From positions 6,752,001 to 6,816,000 of the forward strand of contig OY970303.1 of assembly GCA_963716255.1 (NCBI GenBank): a stretch of DNA of 64,000 bases, in the 5' to 3' direction. The translations under genes and the position numbers were made by a program. Numbering within the stretch: the stretch's first letter is position 1; every line of letters begins with the position of its first letter. Positions 39,401-52,200 of this stretch are shown here, in pieces. The notes under the pieces were generated by a model. The model searched no databases. It was given only the letters and a program-made list of their open reading frames with translations, and was not told where the DNA came from. This DNA comes from an uncultured Gemmatimonadales bacterium (GTDB lineage Bacteria; Gemmatimonadota; Gemmatimonadetes; Longimicrobiales; Longimicrobiaceae).

Positions 39401-40212
39401 CGGGCGACAGCGTGGCGCGCGGCTACCTGGGCCGGCCGGATCTGACGGCCGGGCGCTTCGTCCCCGACCCGTTCTCGGCGGCCGGGGGCGCGCGGATGTA
39501 CCGCACGGGCGACCGGGTGCGCTGGCTCCCCTCGGGGGAGGTGGAGTTCCTGGGGCGCATGGACCAGCAGGTCAAGCTGCGCGGCTTCCGCATCGAGCCG
39601 GGCGAGGTGGAGGCGGCGCTGGAGGGGCACGAGCAGGTGCGCGAGGCCGTGGTGGAGGTGCGGGGCGAGGGGGCGGAGAAACAGCTGGTCGCCTACGTGG
39701 TGGCGGCCGGAGCGGAGGCGCCGGGCGCGGCGGGGCTGCGGGAGCACGCGCGGCGGAGCCTTCCGGAGTACATGGTGCCGGCCGCGTTCGTCGTGCTGGA
39801 GAGCGTTCCGCTTACACCCAGCGGAAAGGTGGACCGGCGCGCGCTGCCGGCGCCGGAGCTCGGCTCGGAGGCGGAAAGCTACGTGGCTCCGCGCACCCCC
39901 ACCGAGGAGGTGCTGGCGGGGATCTGGGCCGAGGTCCTGCACCTGGAGCGCGTGGGAGTGATGGAGAATTTCTTCGAGCTGGGCGGCCATTCGCTGCGGG
40001 CGACCCGGGTGGCCTCGCGCGTCCGGGAGGTCTTCTGCATCGAGCTGCCGCTGCGGACGCTGTTCGAGGCGCCGACGGTCGCCGGGCTGGCCGAGCGCGT
40101 GGAGGCGGCGTGCAGCGCCGCGGCCGGGGCGGGCGAGCTCGCCGAGCAGATGGCGCGGCTGGACGAGCTCTCCGACGAGGAGATCCTGAAGCTCCTGGAG
40201 GACGCCCGATGA
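27401..40212 (+). CDS. NRPS, 4 modules (C-A-T)x4; about 4270 aa after repairing a 1-nt frameshift at about 27436
   Basis: ATG 27401 overlaps the previous stop (ATGAGTGA) and reads [12 protein letters not shown]. After adding one base it continues [14 protein letters not shown]...SFAQERLW into ORF 27598..40212, which has four C, four A and four GGHSL T domains. Confidence 0.92.
28900..30360 (+). other. A domain, code DALVSGLVFK: unassigned hydrophobic
   Basis: FDASVLE / VWVSTP / VSAGGE / [11 protein letters not shown]. Confidence 0.5.
29915..31860 (+). repeat. A(C-term)-T-C duplication, copy 1 (copy 2 at about 33060-35000)
   Basis: Near-identical at offset 3144, e.g. 30001 = 33145. Confidence 0.9.
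32050..33500 (+). other. A domain, code DALVSGMIYK: unassigned
   Basis: FDASLLE / VWVSTP / VSTGGE / [11 protein letters not shown]. Confidence 0.5.
35020..36810 (+). repeat. A-T duplication, copy 1 (copy 2 at about 41545-43335)
   Basis: Near-identical at offset 6524, e.g. 35281 = 41805. Confidence 0.9.
35200..36670 (+). other. A domain, code DIFHFGLILK (resembles the Hpg code DIFHLGLLCK; uncertain)
   Basis: FDIWLFE / LLHAVP / AFVGGD / [11 protein letters not shown]. Confidence 0.45.
38350..39860 (+). other. A domain, code DAHFQAHVVK: Pro or Pro analogue
   Basis: RLFMP / VQTAGE / [13 protein letters not shown] is the Pro-clade signature; the code differs from canonical DVQFIAHVVK at 3 positions. 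Confidence 0.7.
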
Positions 40213-43200
40213 GCGGGATCGCGGACCGGCTGGCGCAGCTCTCCCCGGAGCGCCGCGCCGCCCTCCAGGAGCTGCTGCGGAAGCGACCGGCCGCCGCGGC
40301 CGCGCCGCAGGAGATCCGTCCGCTGCCGCGCGACGGCGGGTCGCTGCCGGCCTCGTTCGCGCAGCGGCGGCTCTGGTTCGTGCAGCAGATGGAGCCGCGG
40401 AGCTGGGCCTACAACATGGCGTACCCGCTGCGCCTCGCGGGCGGGCTCGACGCGCGGGCGCTGCGCCGGGCGCTGACCGCGGTCGTGGCCCGGCACGAGG
40501 CGCTGCGCACCACGCTGGAGGAGCGCGGCGGCGAGCCCGTGCAGGTGATCCATCCGCCCGCCCCGGTGCGGCTGCCCACGATCGAGCTGCGCGGCATCGC
40601 GGCCGGGGCGCGGGAGCGCGAGGCGCGGAGGCTGGTGGAGGCGGAGGCGCGCCGCCCCTTCGACCTGGCGCGCGGACCGCTGCTGCGCACGGCGCTGCTG
40701 CGCACCGGCGACGACGAGGCGGTGGTGCTCCTGGCCATGCACCACGCCGTCACCGACGGCTGGAGCATGGAGGTGCTGGTGCGCGAGGTGTCCGCGCTCT
40801 ACGCGGCGGAGCAGCGGGGCGAGCCCGCGCAGCTTCCCCCGCTGCCGGTGCAGTACGCGGACTATGCGGCGTGGCAGCGGGCATGGCTCTCGGGCGAGAC
40901 GCTGGCGGAGCACGTGGGCTGGTGGCGCGCGCAGCTGGAGGGAGCGCCCACGCTGCTGGAGATGCCCACCGACCGCCCCCGTCCCGCCGTCCCGGGCGAC
41001 GCGGCGGCGTACCACGGCTTCAGCCTCGGCAGGGCAATCTCCGCGGCACTCCAGGCGCTCGCCCGGCGCGAGGGGGCGACGCCGTTCATGACGCTGCTCG
41101 CGGCCTGGCAGCTCCTGCTGGCCCGCTACGCGGGGCAGGACGACGTCCTGGTGGGCACGCCCATCGCCGGGCGCAATCGCCGGGAAACGGAGGGGCTGAT
41201 CGGCTTCTTCGTCAACACGCTCGTGCTGCGCGCCGAGGTCCGCGGCGAGGCGAGCTTCGCCGACCTGCTGCGCCAGGTGCGGGAGCGGACGCTGGGCGCG
41301 TACCAGCACCAGGAGCTTCCCTTCGAAAAGCTGGTGGAGGAGCTGGGCGTGGAGCGCAGCCTCGCGCACACGCCGCTCTTCCAGGTCACGTTCGCGCTCC
41401 AGAACAACGAGCAGGGCGAGCTGAGCCTGGGCGGAGCGGAGGTGCAGGCGCTGGAGCGTGGCGGGTCGGCGGCGAAGTTCGACCTGATGCTGAGCCTGGG
41501 CGAGGCGGGGGACGAGATCGGCGGCGGGCTGGAATACCGCAGCGAGCTGTGGGAGGCCGCCACGATCGAGCGCATGGCGGGGCACTACCTGGCCGTGCTG
41601 GAGGCCGTGGCGGCGGCGCCGGAGGCGCGGCTCTCCGAGCTGCAGCTTCTGGGCGCGGCGGAGCGGCGCCAGGTGCTGGAGGAGTGGAACCGCACCGATG
41701 CCGAGTACCCGGCCGAGCCCTGCGTCCACCGGCTCTTCGAAGCCCAGGCGGAGCGCGCGCCGGACGCGGCGGCGGTCCTCTCCGGCGCGGTCCGCCTCAC
41801 CTACGCGGAGCTGAACCGGCGGGCGGACGGTCTCGCGCACCGCCTGCGCGGCCTGGGCGTCGGCCCCGAGACGCGGGTGGGCCTGTGCCTGGAGCGCGGG
41901 GCGGAGATGGTGGCCTGCGTGCTGGCCGTGCTCAAGGCGGGCGGCGCGTACGTGCCCCTGGACCCGGCGCACCCGCGGGATCGGCTGGCGTGGATGCTCG
42001 CCGATTCCGGCGCGCGCGTCCTCCTCACGCAGAGCGGGCTCGCCGGGGGCTTCGACGGCTTCGACGGCGAGGTGGTCCGGGTCGACGAGACCGCTCCCGC
42101 GCCCGCGGCCGACCTCGCGCCCTCGCATGCCGCGACCGCCGAGAACCTCGCCTACGTCCTCTACACCTCGGGTTCCACCGGCCGCCCCAAGGGCGTGCTG
42201 GTGCAGCACGGCTCCCTCGCCAACCTGCTGGCCGCCACGCGCGAGGCCTTCGGCGTCGGGCCCGGCGACGTGATGCCGGCGCTGGCCAGCTACGCCTTCG
42301 ACATCTGGCTCTTCGAGACGCTGCTGCCGCTGACCTCGGGGGCCGCCGTGCGCCTGGTGGAGCGGGAGCGCATCCTGGACCCCGACGCGCTGGTGGAGGA
42401 GGTCTCCGACGCCACGCTGCTGCACGCCGTTCCCGCGCTGATGCGGCGGATCGCGCAGGCCGAGCGCGAGCGGCCGCGCCTGGGCCGGCTGCGGCGGGCC
42501 TTCGTCGGCGGCGACCGGGTGCCGGCCGACCTGCTGGCGGAGATGCGCGCCGCCCTCCCCTCCGCGCGGATCAGCGTGCTCTACGGGCCCACGGAGGGGA
42601 CGATCCTGGCGTCCACGCACGCGGTGCCGGAGTCCGGTGTGGTGGAGGGGCACCCCATCGGGCGGCCGCTGGGCAACGTGCGCCTGTACGTGTGCGACGC
42701 GCCGGGCAACCCGCAGCCGGTGGGCGTGCCGGGCGAGCTGCGGATCGGCGGGGCCGGGGTGGCGCGCGGCTACCTGGGCCAGCCCGGGCGGACGGCCGAA
42801 GGCTTCGTCCCCGACGCGTTCTCGGGCCGGCCGGGCGCGCGGCTGTACCGCGCGGGGGACCGGGTGCGCCGGCTCGCTTCGGGGGAGCTGGAGTTCCTGG
42901 GGCGCATGGACCAGCAGGTCAAGGTGCGCGGCTTCCGCATCGAGCCCGGCGAGATCGAGGCGCGGCTGCGGGAGCACCCCGGGGTGCGCGAGGCGGCGGT
43001 GCTGGCGCGTGAGGACGCTCCCGGACAGACGCGGCTGGTAGCGTACGTGGTGGGCGAGGCCGACGCGGAGGCGCTGCGCGCGTACCTGGGGCGCAGCCTG
43101 CCGGAGCACATGGTGCCGGGCGCCTTCGTCGCGCTGGAGCGGCTGCCGCTGACGCCCAACGGCAAGCTGGACCGCGGGGCGCTGCCGGCGCCGGAGCATG

Positions 43201-46200
43201 AGGCGGCCGCGGAGTACGTGGCGCCGCGCACGGCGACGGAGGAGGTGCTGGCGGGGATCTGGGCGGAAGTGCTGGGGGTGGAGCGCGTGGGGGTGACGGC
43301 GAGCTTCTTCGCGCTGGGCGGGCACTCGCTGCTGGCGACGCGGGTGGTCTCGCGGGCGCGGCAGGCCCTGGGGGTGGAGCTGCCGCTGCGGGCGCTTTTC
43401 GAGGCGCCCACCGTGGCGGCGCTGGCGGAGCGGGTGGAGGCGCTGCGGGCCGCGGGCCGGGGCCCGGCGGCGCCGCCGATCGTGCCGGTGCCGCGCGAGG
43501 GATCCGCTCCGCCGCTGTCGTTCGCGCAGCAGCGGCTCTGGCTGGTGGACCGGATCGAGCCGGGGAGCGCCGCCTACAACATGCCCTCCGCGCTGCGCCT
43601 GCGCGGCGCGCTGGACGTGGCCGCGCTGCGGGCCGCCCTGGACGCGCTGGTGCGCCGGCACGAGACGCTGCGCACCACGTTCGCCGAGCGGGGCGGGGTG
43701 CCCGCGCAGGTGATCCACCCGCCCGCCGCGGTGCCGCTGCCGCTGGTGGACCTGCGGGCCCTCCCGGCCGCCGGGCGGGAAGCGCGGGCGGAGCGGCTGG
43801 CCCGCGCCGAGGCCATGCGCCCCTTCGACCTGGCGCGCGGGCCGCTGCTGCGCTGCACGCTTCTGTGCCTCGGCGAGGAGGACCACGTGCTGTGCTTCAC
43901 GCTGCACCACGTGGTCGGCGACGGGTGGAGCATGCAGGTGCTCGTCCGCGAGGTCTCGGCGACGTACGGCGGCTTCGTCCGCGGCGAGCCGGCGAGCCTC
44001 CCCGAGCTGCCGATCCAGTACGCCGACTACGCCGTGTGGCAGCGGGGGTGGCTCTCGGGCGAGACGCTGGAACGGCAGCTGGACTACTGGCGCACGGCGC
44101 TGGCGGACGCGCCGCCGCTGCTGGACCTTCCCACCGACCACCCGCGCCCGCCGCGGATGACGGTGGAGGGTGCGGTCCATGCCTTTTCCATCCCGGCGGA
44201 AGTCGTGGACGCGATGCGGGAACTGTCCCGCCTCGAGGGGGCGACGCTGTTCATGACGTTCCTCGCCGCCTGGAACGTGCTCCTGTCCCGCCGGGCCGGA
44301 CAGGACGACGTGCTGGTCGGCACCCCCATCGCCGGCCGCACCCGGGTGGAGCTGGAGGGGCTGATCGGCTTCTTCGTCAACACCCTGGTGATACGGACCG
44401 ACCTGTCGGACGCGGGACGCCTCCCGTTCCGCGAGCTGCTGGGACGGGTGCGGGAAAGCACGCTGGGCGCCTACCAGCACCAAGAGCTTCCCTTCGAGAA
44501 GCTGGTGGAGGAGCTCCAGCCGGAGCGCTCGCTCCAGCACACCCCCCTCTTCCAGGCGATGTTCGTTCTCCAGAACCTGGAGCGGAGCGAGCTGCGCCTG
44601 GGCGGGCTGGAGACGGCGCCGCTGGCCGGTGGCGGGGACGCCGCCGCGTTCGACCTGGTCCTGACGCTCGCGGAGACCGGGGATGCGATGCACGGGGTGC
44701 TCTCGTACCGGAGCGCTCTCTGGGAAGCGGAAACCGTGGCGCGGATGGGGGAGCAGCTGGGCGTCCTGCTGCGGGGGATCGCGGCGGACCCGTCGCGCCC
44801 CGTCGCCGGGATCCCGCTCCTCCCCGCCGACGAGCGGGCGCAGGTGCTGGAGGGATGGAACCGGACCGGGCGCGACTTTCCGGACGCGCCGGTGCACGAG
44901 CTGTTCGCCGCGCAGGTGGAGCGCGCCCCGGACGCGACTGCGCTCGTCGCCGGAGAGTTGCGCCTGAGCTACGCCGAGCTGGATCGCGAGAGCGACCGGC
45001 TCGCCCACCACCTGCGCCGGCTGGGCGTGGGCGTGGAGTCGCGCGTGGCGATCTGGCTGGAGCGCAGCCCCGAGCTGGTCGTGGCCGGGCTGGCGGTCCT
45101 CAAGGCCGGCGGGGCTTTCGTCCCGCTCGATCCCGCCTACCCCGTCGAGCGCCTGGCCTTCATGCTGGCGGACTCCGGCGCGCGCGTGGTGCTGACCCGC
45201 GAAGCGCTGGCCGGACGCATCCCCGCGCACGAGGCTTCGCTCGTCCTGCTCGACCGGGACCCGATCGCGGCCGCGCCGCAGGAAGCGCCGCGCGTGGAGG
45301 TCCCGCGCGAGGCGACGGCGTACGTGATCTACACCTCCGGGAGCACCGGGCGGCCCAAGGGGGTCGCCGTCCCGCACCGGGGCGTTCCCAACCTGGTGCG
45401 GGTCATGGCCGGGGCGCACCGGCTCACCCCGCGTAGCCGGGTGCTGCAGTTCGCCTCGCCGAGCTTCGACGCGGCGGTCTTCGAGATCTTCTTCACCCTG
45501 GGCACCGGGGCGGCGCTGTACCTGCCGCCGGCCGGGGAAGGCCCGCTGGCGGGGGCCGAGCTGGCGGAGTGGCTGACGGCGCGCGGGATCACGCACCTGA
45601 CGCTGTCGCCCTCGGCGCTGGCGGTCATCCCCGACCAGGCGGCGCTCCCCACGCTGGAAACGCTGATGCTGGCGGGCGAAGCCCTGCCGGCGGCGCTCGC
45701 GGAGCGCTGGGCCCCACGGGTGCCGCGGCTGCTGAACGCGTACGGGCCGACCGAAGCCACGGTCTGCGCCACGATCGGCGACCCGCTCCGGCAGGGACAG
45801 CCAGCCACCATCGGGAGGCCGGTGGCGAACGTGCGGACGTACGTGCTGGACCCGTGGGGCGGGCCGGTGCCGGTGGGCGTGCCCGGAGAGCTGTACGTCG
45901 GCGGCGTGGGGGTGGCGCGCGGCTACGTGAACCGCCCCGGGCTGACGGCGGAGCGGTTCGTTCCGGACGGGTTCGGGAGGGAGGCCGGAGGACGGCTGTA
46001 CCGGACCGGGGACCGGGCGAGGTGGCTGGCATCGGGGGAGCTGGAGTTCCTGGGGCGGGTGGACGACCAGGTGAAGATCCGGGGCTACCGGATCGAGCCG
46101 GGGGAGATCGAGAGCGTGCTGCGCGCGCACCCGGGGGTGCGGGATGCGGTGGCCGTGGCGCGCGAGGACGCGCCGGGCGAGAAGCGGCTGGTGGCCTACG

Positions 46201-49200
46201 TGGTGCCGGAGGAGGGCGAGGAGCTCCCGGCGGCCGGGCTGCGGGCCTCCCTGGCGGCCCGCCTCCCGGAGTACATGGTGCCGGCCGCCTTCGTGGCCCT
46301 GGAGCGGCTGCCGCTCACCGCCAACGGCAAGCTGGACCGGCGGGCGCTGCCGGCACCGGAGCGGGAGACCTCCCCCCACGCCGGGCCCCGCACCGAGGCG
46401 GAGGAGGTGCTGGCGGGGATCTGGGCGGAGGTGCTGCGCCTGGAGAGCGTGGGGACGGGGGAGAACTTCTTCGAGCTGGGCGGGCACTCGCTGCTGGCGA
46501 CGCAGGTGGTCTCGCGGGCGCGGCAGGCGTTCGGGGCGGAGGTGCCGCTCAAGGCGCTCTTCGAGAGCCCCACCGTGGCGGGGCTGGCCGCGCGCATCCA
46601 GGCGCTGCGGGACGCCGGCGCCCCCGCCGCTCCGCCCATCGCGCGCGTCGCGCGGACGGAGCCGCCGCCGCTGTCGTTCGCGCAGCAGCGGCTCTGGCTG
46701 GTGGACCGGATCGAGCCGGGGAGCGCCGCCTACAACATGCCCTCCGCGCTGCGCCTGCGAGGGATGCTGGACGTGGCCGCGCTGCGGGCCGGCCTGGACG
46801 CGCTGGTGCGGCGGCACGAGACGCTGCGCACCGTCTTCGCCGAGCACGGCGGCGAGGCGGTGCAGGTCGTTTGCGCGCCCGCGCCCTCCGCCCTTCCGGT
46901 CGTCGACCTGCGGGCGCTGCCGGAGGCCGAGCTTGCGGCCGGGCGCCTGGCGGCGGAGGAGGCGCTGAGGCCCTTCGACCTGGCGCGGGGCCCGCTCCTG
47001 CGCGGCACGCTGCTGCGCCTGGGCGAGGAGGACCACGTGCTCTGCCTCACGATGCACCACGTCGTGAGCGACGGGTGGAGCATGGACGTGCTGACCCGCG
47101 AGGTCTCCGCGTTCTACGAGGCGTTCAGCCGGGGCGCGGAGCCGCGTCTCCCCGAGCTGCCGGTGCAGTACGCCGACTTCGCCGTCTGGCAGCGCGCCTG
47201 GCTCTCGGGCCCGACGCTGGAAGCGCAGCTCGCCTACTGGCGCGAGCGGCTGGCCGGCGCGCCCGCGTTCCTGGAGCTTCCCACCGACCGGCCCCGCCCG
47301 GCGGCGAAGGGCCACCGCGGCGGGATGCGCGCGCTTCGGATCGGCGCCGCCGCGGCCGGGGAGCTGCGCGCCTTCGGCCGGCGCGAGGACGCGACCCCGT
47401 TCATGACGCTGCTCGCCGCCTTCTCCGTCCTGCTGGCCCGCTGGTCCGGGCAGGCGGACGTGGTCGTGGGCATACCCATCGCGGGGCGCACCCGCCGCGA
47501 GACCGAAGGGCTGATCGGCTTCTTCCTGAACACGCTGGCGCTGCGGACCGACCTGTCCGGCGACCCCACCTTCCGGGAGGTGCTGGGGCGGGTGCGGGAA
47601 ACCACGCTGGGCGCGTACGCCCACCAGGACCTCCCCTTCGAGCGCATCCTGGAGGAGATCCAGCCCCCCCGCAGCCTGGGCCACTCGCCGGTCTTCCAGG
47701 TGATGCTCAACCTGCAGAACCTCAGCGCGGAGGCTCCCGCGGGGCTGGAGGGGCTGCGGACGGAGCGATTCGGAAGTCCGGCGCCGGCGGCCAAGTACGA
47801 CCTGACGCTGTACGCCCTGGAGAGCGACGGGGGAATCGACCTGAGCCTGGTGTACGACGCGGACCTGTTCGAGGACGCGCGCGCCGCCGAGGCGCTCGCC
47901 CAGCTGGGGACGCTGCTCGCGGCAGCCGTGGACGACCCGGAGCAGCGCGTTTCCGCCCTCCCGCTGCTGACGGAGGAGGAGCGGCGGGCCCTCTCCTGCC
48001 GCGCCCGCGGGGTCGGGACGGACCGCGCCTTCGCCGGGTTCGCGCGCGGGGAGATCGAGCAGACCATCCCCGCGCGCTTCGCGGCGCAGGCGCGGCTCCA
48101 CCCGGACCGGCCGGCGGTACGGACGCGGACCACCACGCTCACCTACGCGGAGCTGGACCGCGCGGCCGAGGGCGTGGCGCGGGCGATCCTGCGCCGGCGG
48201 ACGGCCCGGCCGGAGCGGGTCGCGCTCCTCTTCGAGCACGACGCCGCCATGATCGTGGGGATGCTGGGCGTGCTCAAGGCCGGCAAGACCTACGTTCCCA
48301 TCGATCCGCTCTACCCGCGCGAGCGCAGCGCCTACGTGCTGGAGGACTCCGGGGCCGCGGCGCTGGTGACCAACCGCGCCAACCTGGAGCTGGCGCGCGA
48401 GCTGGCCGGGGGACGGATTGCGCTGGTGGACGTGGATTCGGCGCGGGCGGAGGGCCCGTCCGCGTCCACGGAAGCGCGCCGCCCCGCCGCTCCCGGGGAG
48501 CCGGCGTACATCCTCTACACCTCCGGGTCGACCGGGCGGCCCAAGGGCGTGGTGCAGTCGCACCGCAACGTGCTCCACTTCATCCGGGTCTACACCGGCA
48601 ACCTGCGCATCGGGTCCGACGACCGGCTCACGCTGTTCTCGTCGTACACCTTCGACGCGTCGGTGATGGCCATCTACGGAGCCCTTCTCAACGGCGCCAC
48701 CCTGTGTCCGTTCGACTGGAGGGAGGAAGCCGCTTCCGGCGTGGCGGAGTGGATGCGGCGCGAGGGGATCACCCTCTACCATTCCACCCCCACCGTCTTC
48801 CGCCACCTGGCGGCGGAGCTCGCCCCGGGCGAGCGCTTCCCCGCGGCGCGGCTGGTCGTGCTCGGAGGCGAGGAGGCGCAGCGGCGCGACCTCGACGCGT
48901 TCAACCGTCACTTCCCGCCCGGGGCGACACTGGTCAACGGGCTGGGGCCCACCGAGTCCACGGTGACGCTGCAGCACTTCATCGGGCGGGGGGAGGAGCC
49001 GGCGCGCAGCTCCCTGTCCGTGGGGCACCCGGTGGAGGAAACCGACGTGCTCCTGCTCAACGGCGTCGGGGAGCAGGCCGCCGTGTACGGCGTGGGCGAG
49101 ATCGTGATCCGCGGCCCGCACCTGGCGCTGGGGTACTGGGGCTCCCCGGAGCGGACCGCCGCCGCGTTCACGCCGGATCCGGCGGGCGGCCCGCTGCGCT

Positions 49201-52200
49201 GCTACCGCACGGGCGACCTGGGGCGGCGGCTCCCCGGCGGCGGGATCGAGTTCATCGGGCGGAGCGACTTCCAGCTCAAGGTGCGCGGCTTCCGCGTGGA
49301 GCCCGGCGAGGTGGAGGCCGCGCTGCGGGAGCACCCCGCGGTGCGGCAGGCCGCGGCGGCGCCCTGGGAGGACGACCGCGGCGAGCGCCGGCTGGCCGCG
49401 TACTGGGTCCCCGCCGAAGGCGCCGACGCATCCACGGCCGAGCTCCGGGCGTGGATGCGGGAGCGGATCCCCGAGTACATGGTCCCCTCCGCGCTCGTGC
49501 GGCTGGACGCGCTCCCGCTGACCCCCAGCGGCAAGGTCGACCGGCTGGCCCTCCCGGCTCCCGAGCTCCAGCGGAGCCAGGCGGGCCCGGCCCCGTCCAC
49601 CCCCGAGGAGGCCGTGCTGGCGGAGATCTTCGCCGACGTGCTGGGCAGGGACGCGGTGGGGACGGGGGAGGACTTCTTCGAGCTGGGCGGGCACTCGCTG
49701 CGGGCGACGCGGGTGGTCGCGCGCGTGCGGGAGGCGTTCGGGGTGGAGCTGCCGCTCCGGGCGCTCTTCGAGGCGCCCACGGTGGCCGGACTGGCCCGCC
49801 GCGTCGAGGCGGCGGGCGGCGCGCCACGCCCCCCGGGGGGGATGGAGGGCGCTCCCGCAGGGCGCCCGGCAGGCGGGGTCGCGGACCGCCTGGCGCGGCT
49901 CTCCCCGGAGCGCCGCGCCGCCCTGCAGGCGCTGCGGCGGCAGCCGGCCGCCCCGCCGGAGATCCGCCCGCGCGCGGAGGACGGCCCCGCGCCGCTCTCC
50001 TTCGCGCAGCAGCGGCTCTGGTTCCTCCAGCAGATGGAGCCGCGGAGCTGGGCCTACAACCTGGCGTACCCGCTGCGCATCTTCGGTGCGCTCGACGCGC
50101 GGACGCTGCGCCGGGTGCTCGCGGCGGTGGTGCGCCGGCACGAGGCGCTGCGCACCACGCTGGAGGCGCGCGGCGGCGAGCCCGTGCAGGTGGTCCACCC
50201 CGCCGCCCCGGGGGAGATGCCGGTCCTCGACCTGCGCGGTCTCCCCGCGGCGGCGCGGGAGCGGGAGGCGCAGCGGCTGGCGGAGGCGGAGTCGCGCCGC
50301 CCCTTCGACCTGGCGCGCGGGCCGCTGCTGCGCACGACGCTGCTGCGCCTGGGAGACGAGGAGACGGTGGCGCTCTTCACCGTGCACCACGTCGTCAGCG
50401 ACGGCTGGAGCATGGGGATCTTCGTGCGCGAGGTGAGCACGCTCTACGACGCCGTCTCGCGCGGGGCGGAGGCGCACCTCCCCCCGCTGCCCATCCAGTA
50501 CGCCGACTACGCCGCCTGGCAGCGCGCCCGGCTCTCGGGCGAGACGCTGGAGGAGCAGCTCGCCTTCTGGCGCGAGCAGCTGTGGGACGCCCCCCCGCTG
50601 CTGGAGCTGCCCACGGACCGGCCGCGCCCGGCCGTGCTGGACGGGTCCGGGGCCGCCCTCCCGTTCCACGTCCGGCCCGCGGCGGCGCGGGCGCTTCGCG
50701 CGCTCGGCCAGCGCGAGGGGGCGACGCCGTTCATGACGCTGCTGGCGGCGTGGCAGCTCCTGCTGGGGCGCTACGCGGGGACGGAGGACGTGGTGGTGGG
50801 CACGCCCATCGCCGGACGCACGCACGTGGAGCTGGAAGGGCTGATCGGCTTCTTCGTCAACACCCTGGTGCTGCGCACCGGCCTTTCGGGGGAGGCGAGC
50901 TTCCGGGAGCTGCTGGGGCGGGTGCGGGAATCCACGCTGGCCGCGTACCAGCACCAGGAGATCCCCTTCGAGAAGCTGGTCGAGGAGCTGGGGGCCGACC
51001 GCGGCCTGGACCGCACCCCCCTCTTCCAGGTCATGCTCACCTTCCAGAACACCGAGACGGGGGAGCTCGTGCTCGGCGGCCTCCGGCTGGAGCCGTTCGC
51101 GGGCGCGCCGAGCCGGGTGAACGCCGACCTCAGCTTCACGCTCGGAGAGGCGGGCGACGCGCTGACCGGCGCGATGGAGTACCGGACCACGCTCTTCGAT
51201 CCCGGGACCGTCGCCCGGCACCTGGAGCACTTCGGGGTGCTGCTGGAAGAGATCGCCGCGGACCCGGAGCGGGACGTCCGGGAGCTGTCCCTCCTTTCCG
51301 CCGCGGAGCGCAGGAAGGTGGTGGCCGAGTGGAACGACACGGCCGCGCCGCGCTCCGGGCGTCCCGTGCACGAGTCGTTCGACGTACAGGCGGAGCGCAC
51401 GCCGGGCGCGGTGGCCGCCGTCTGCGGCTCCCGGTCCCTCACCTACGCGGAGCTGCGCCGCCGCGCCGACCTCGTCGCCGCGCGGCTGCGCGCCCGGGGG
51501 ATCGGGCGGGGCTCGTACGTCCCCGTGCTCCTGGACCGGGGACTGGACGTGCCCGTGGCCCTGCTGGGGGTGCTCAAGTCCGGGGCGGCCTTCTCGCCGC
51601 TGGACGTCCACTGGCCGCTCGCCCGGATCCGGACGATCCTGGACGACCTGGGGTGCGGGATCGTCCTGGGGAACGACCGCACCCCGTTCCGGGAGGAGGA
51701 GCTGGGGCGGACCCTCCTGCGCGTCGACGTGGAGGACTTTTCCGCCGTTGATCCCGTTCCCGGACGCCTCGACCCGGTGGAGGGCGAGGACCCGATCTAC
51801 GTCATCTACACCTCCGGATCCACCGGGACTCCCAAGGGTGTGGTGGTGCCCCACCGGGGGATCGCCAACCGGTTCCGGTGGATGGACGAGTACTTCGGGA
51901 CCGCGGCCGCGGCGGCCGTGGTGCAGACCACGCGGCACGTGTACGACAGCGCCGTGTGGCAGCTGCTCTGGCCCCTGGTGAACGGGGGGCGGACCGTGCT
52001 CCCCGCCTCGGACGAGGAGCTGGCCGCGGAGCCGCTCGCCGCGCTGGTCCGCGAGCACGGGGTGACGATGACCGACTTCGTCCCCTCGGTCTTCAATACC
52101 CTGGTCCCGCAGCTCGTGGGCGACGAGCGGCTGCGGCGCGGCCTCGCCTCGCTCCGGGTGGTGGTGGTGGGCGGAGAGCAGATCACGCCGGCGACGACGT

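Noticed and set aside
36615..40208. N-terminal part of the 6820-aa ORF 36615..57077
   Set aside because: Off-frame shadow of gene 3; the real start is ATG 40209 with a GGAGG RBS.
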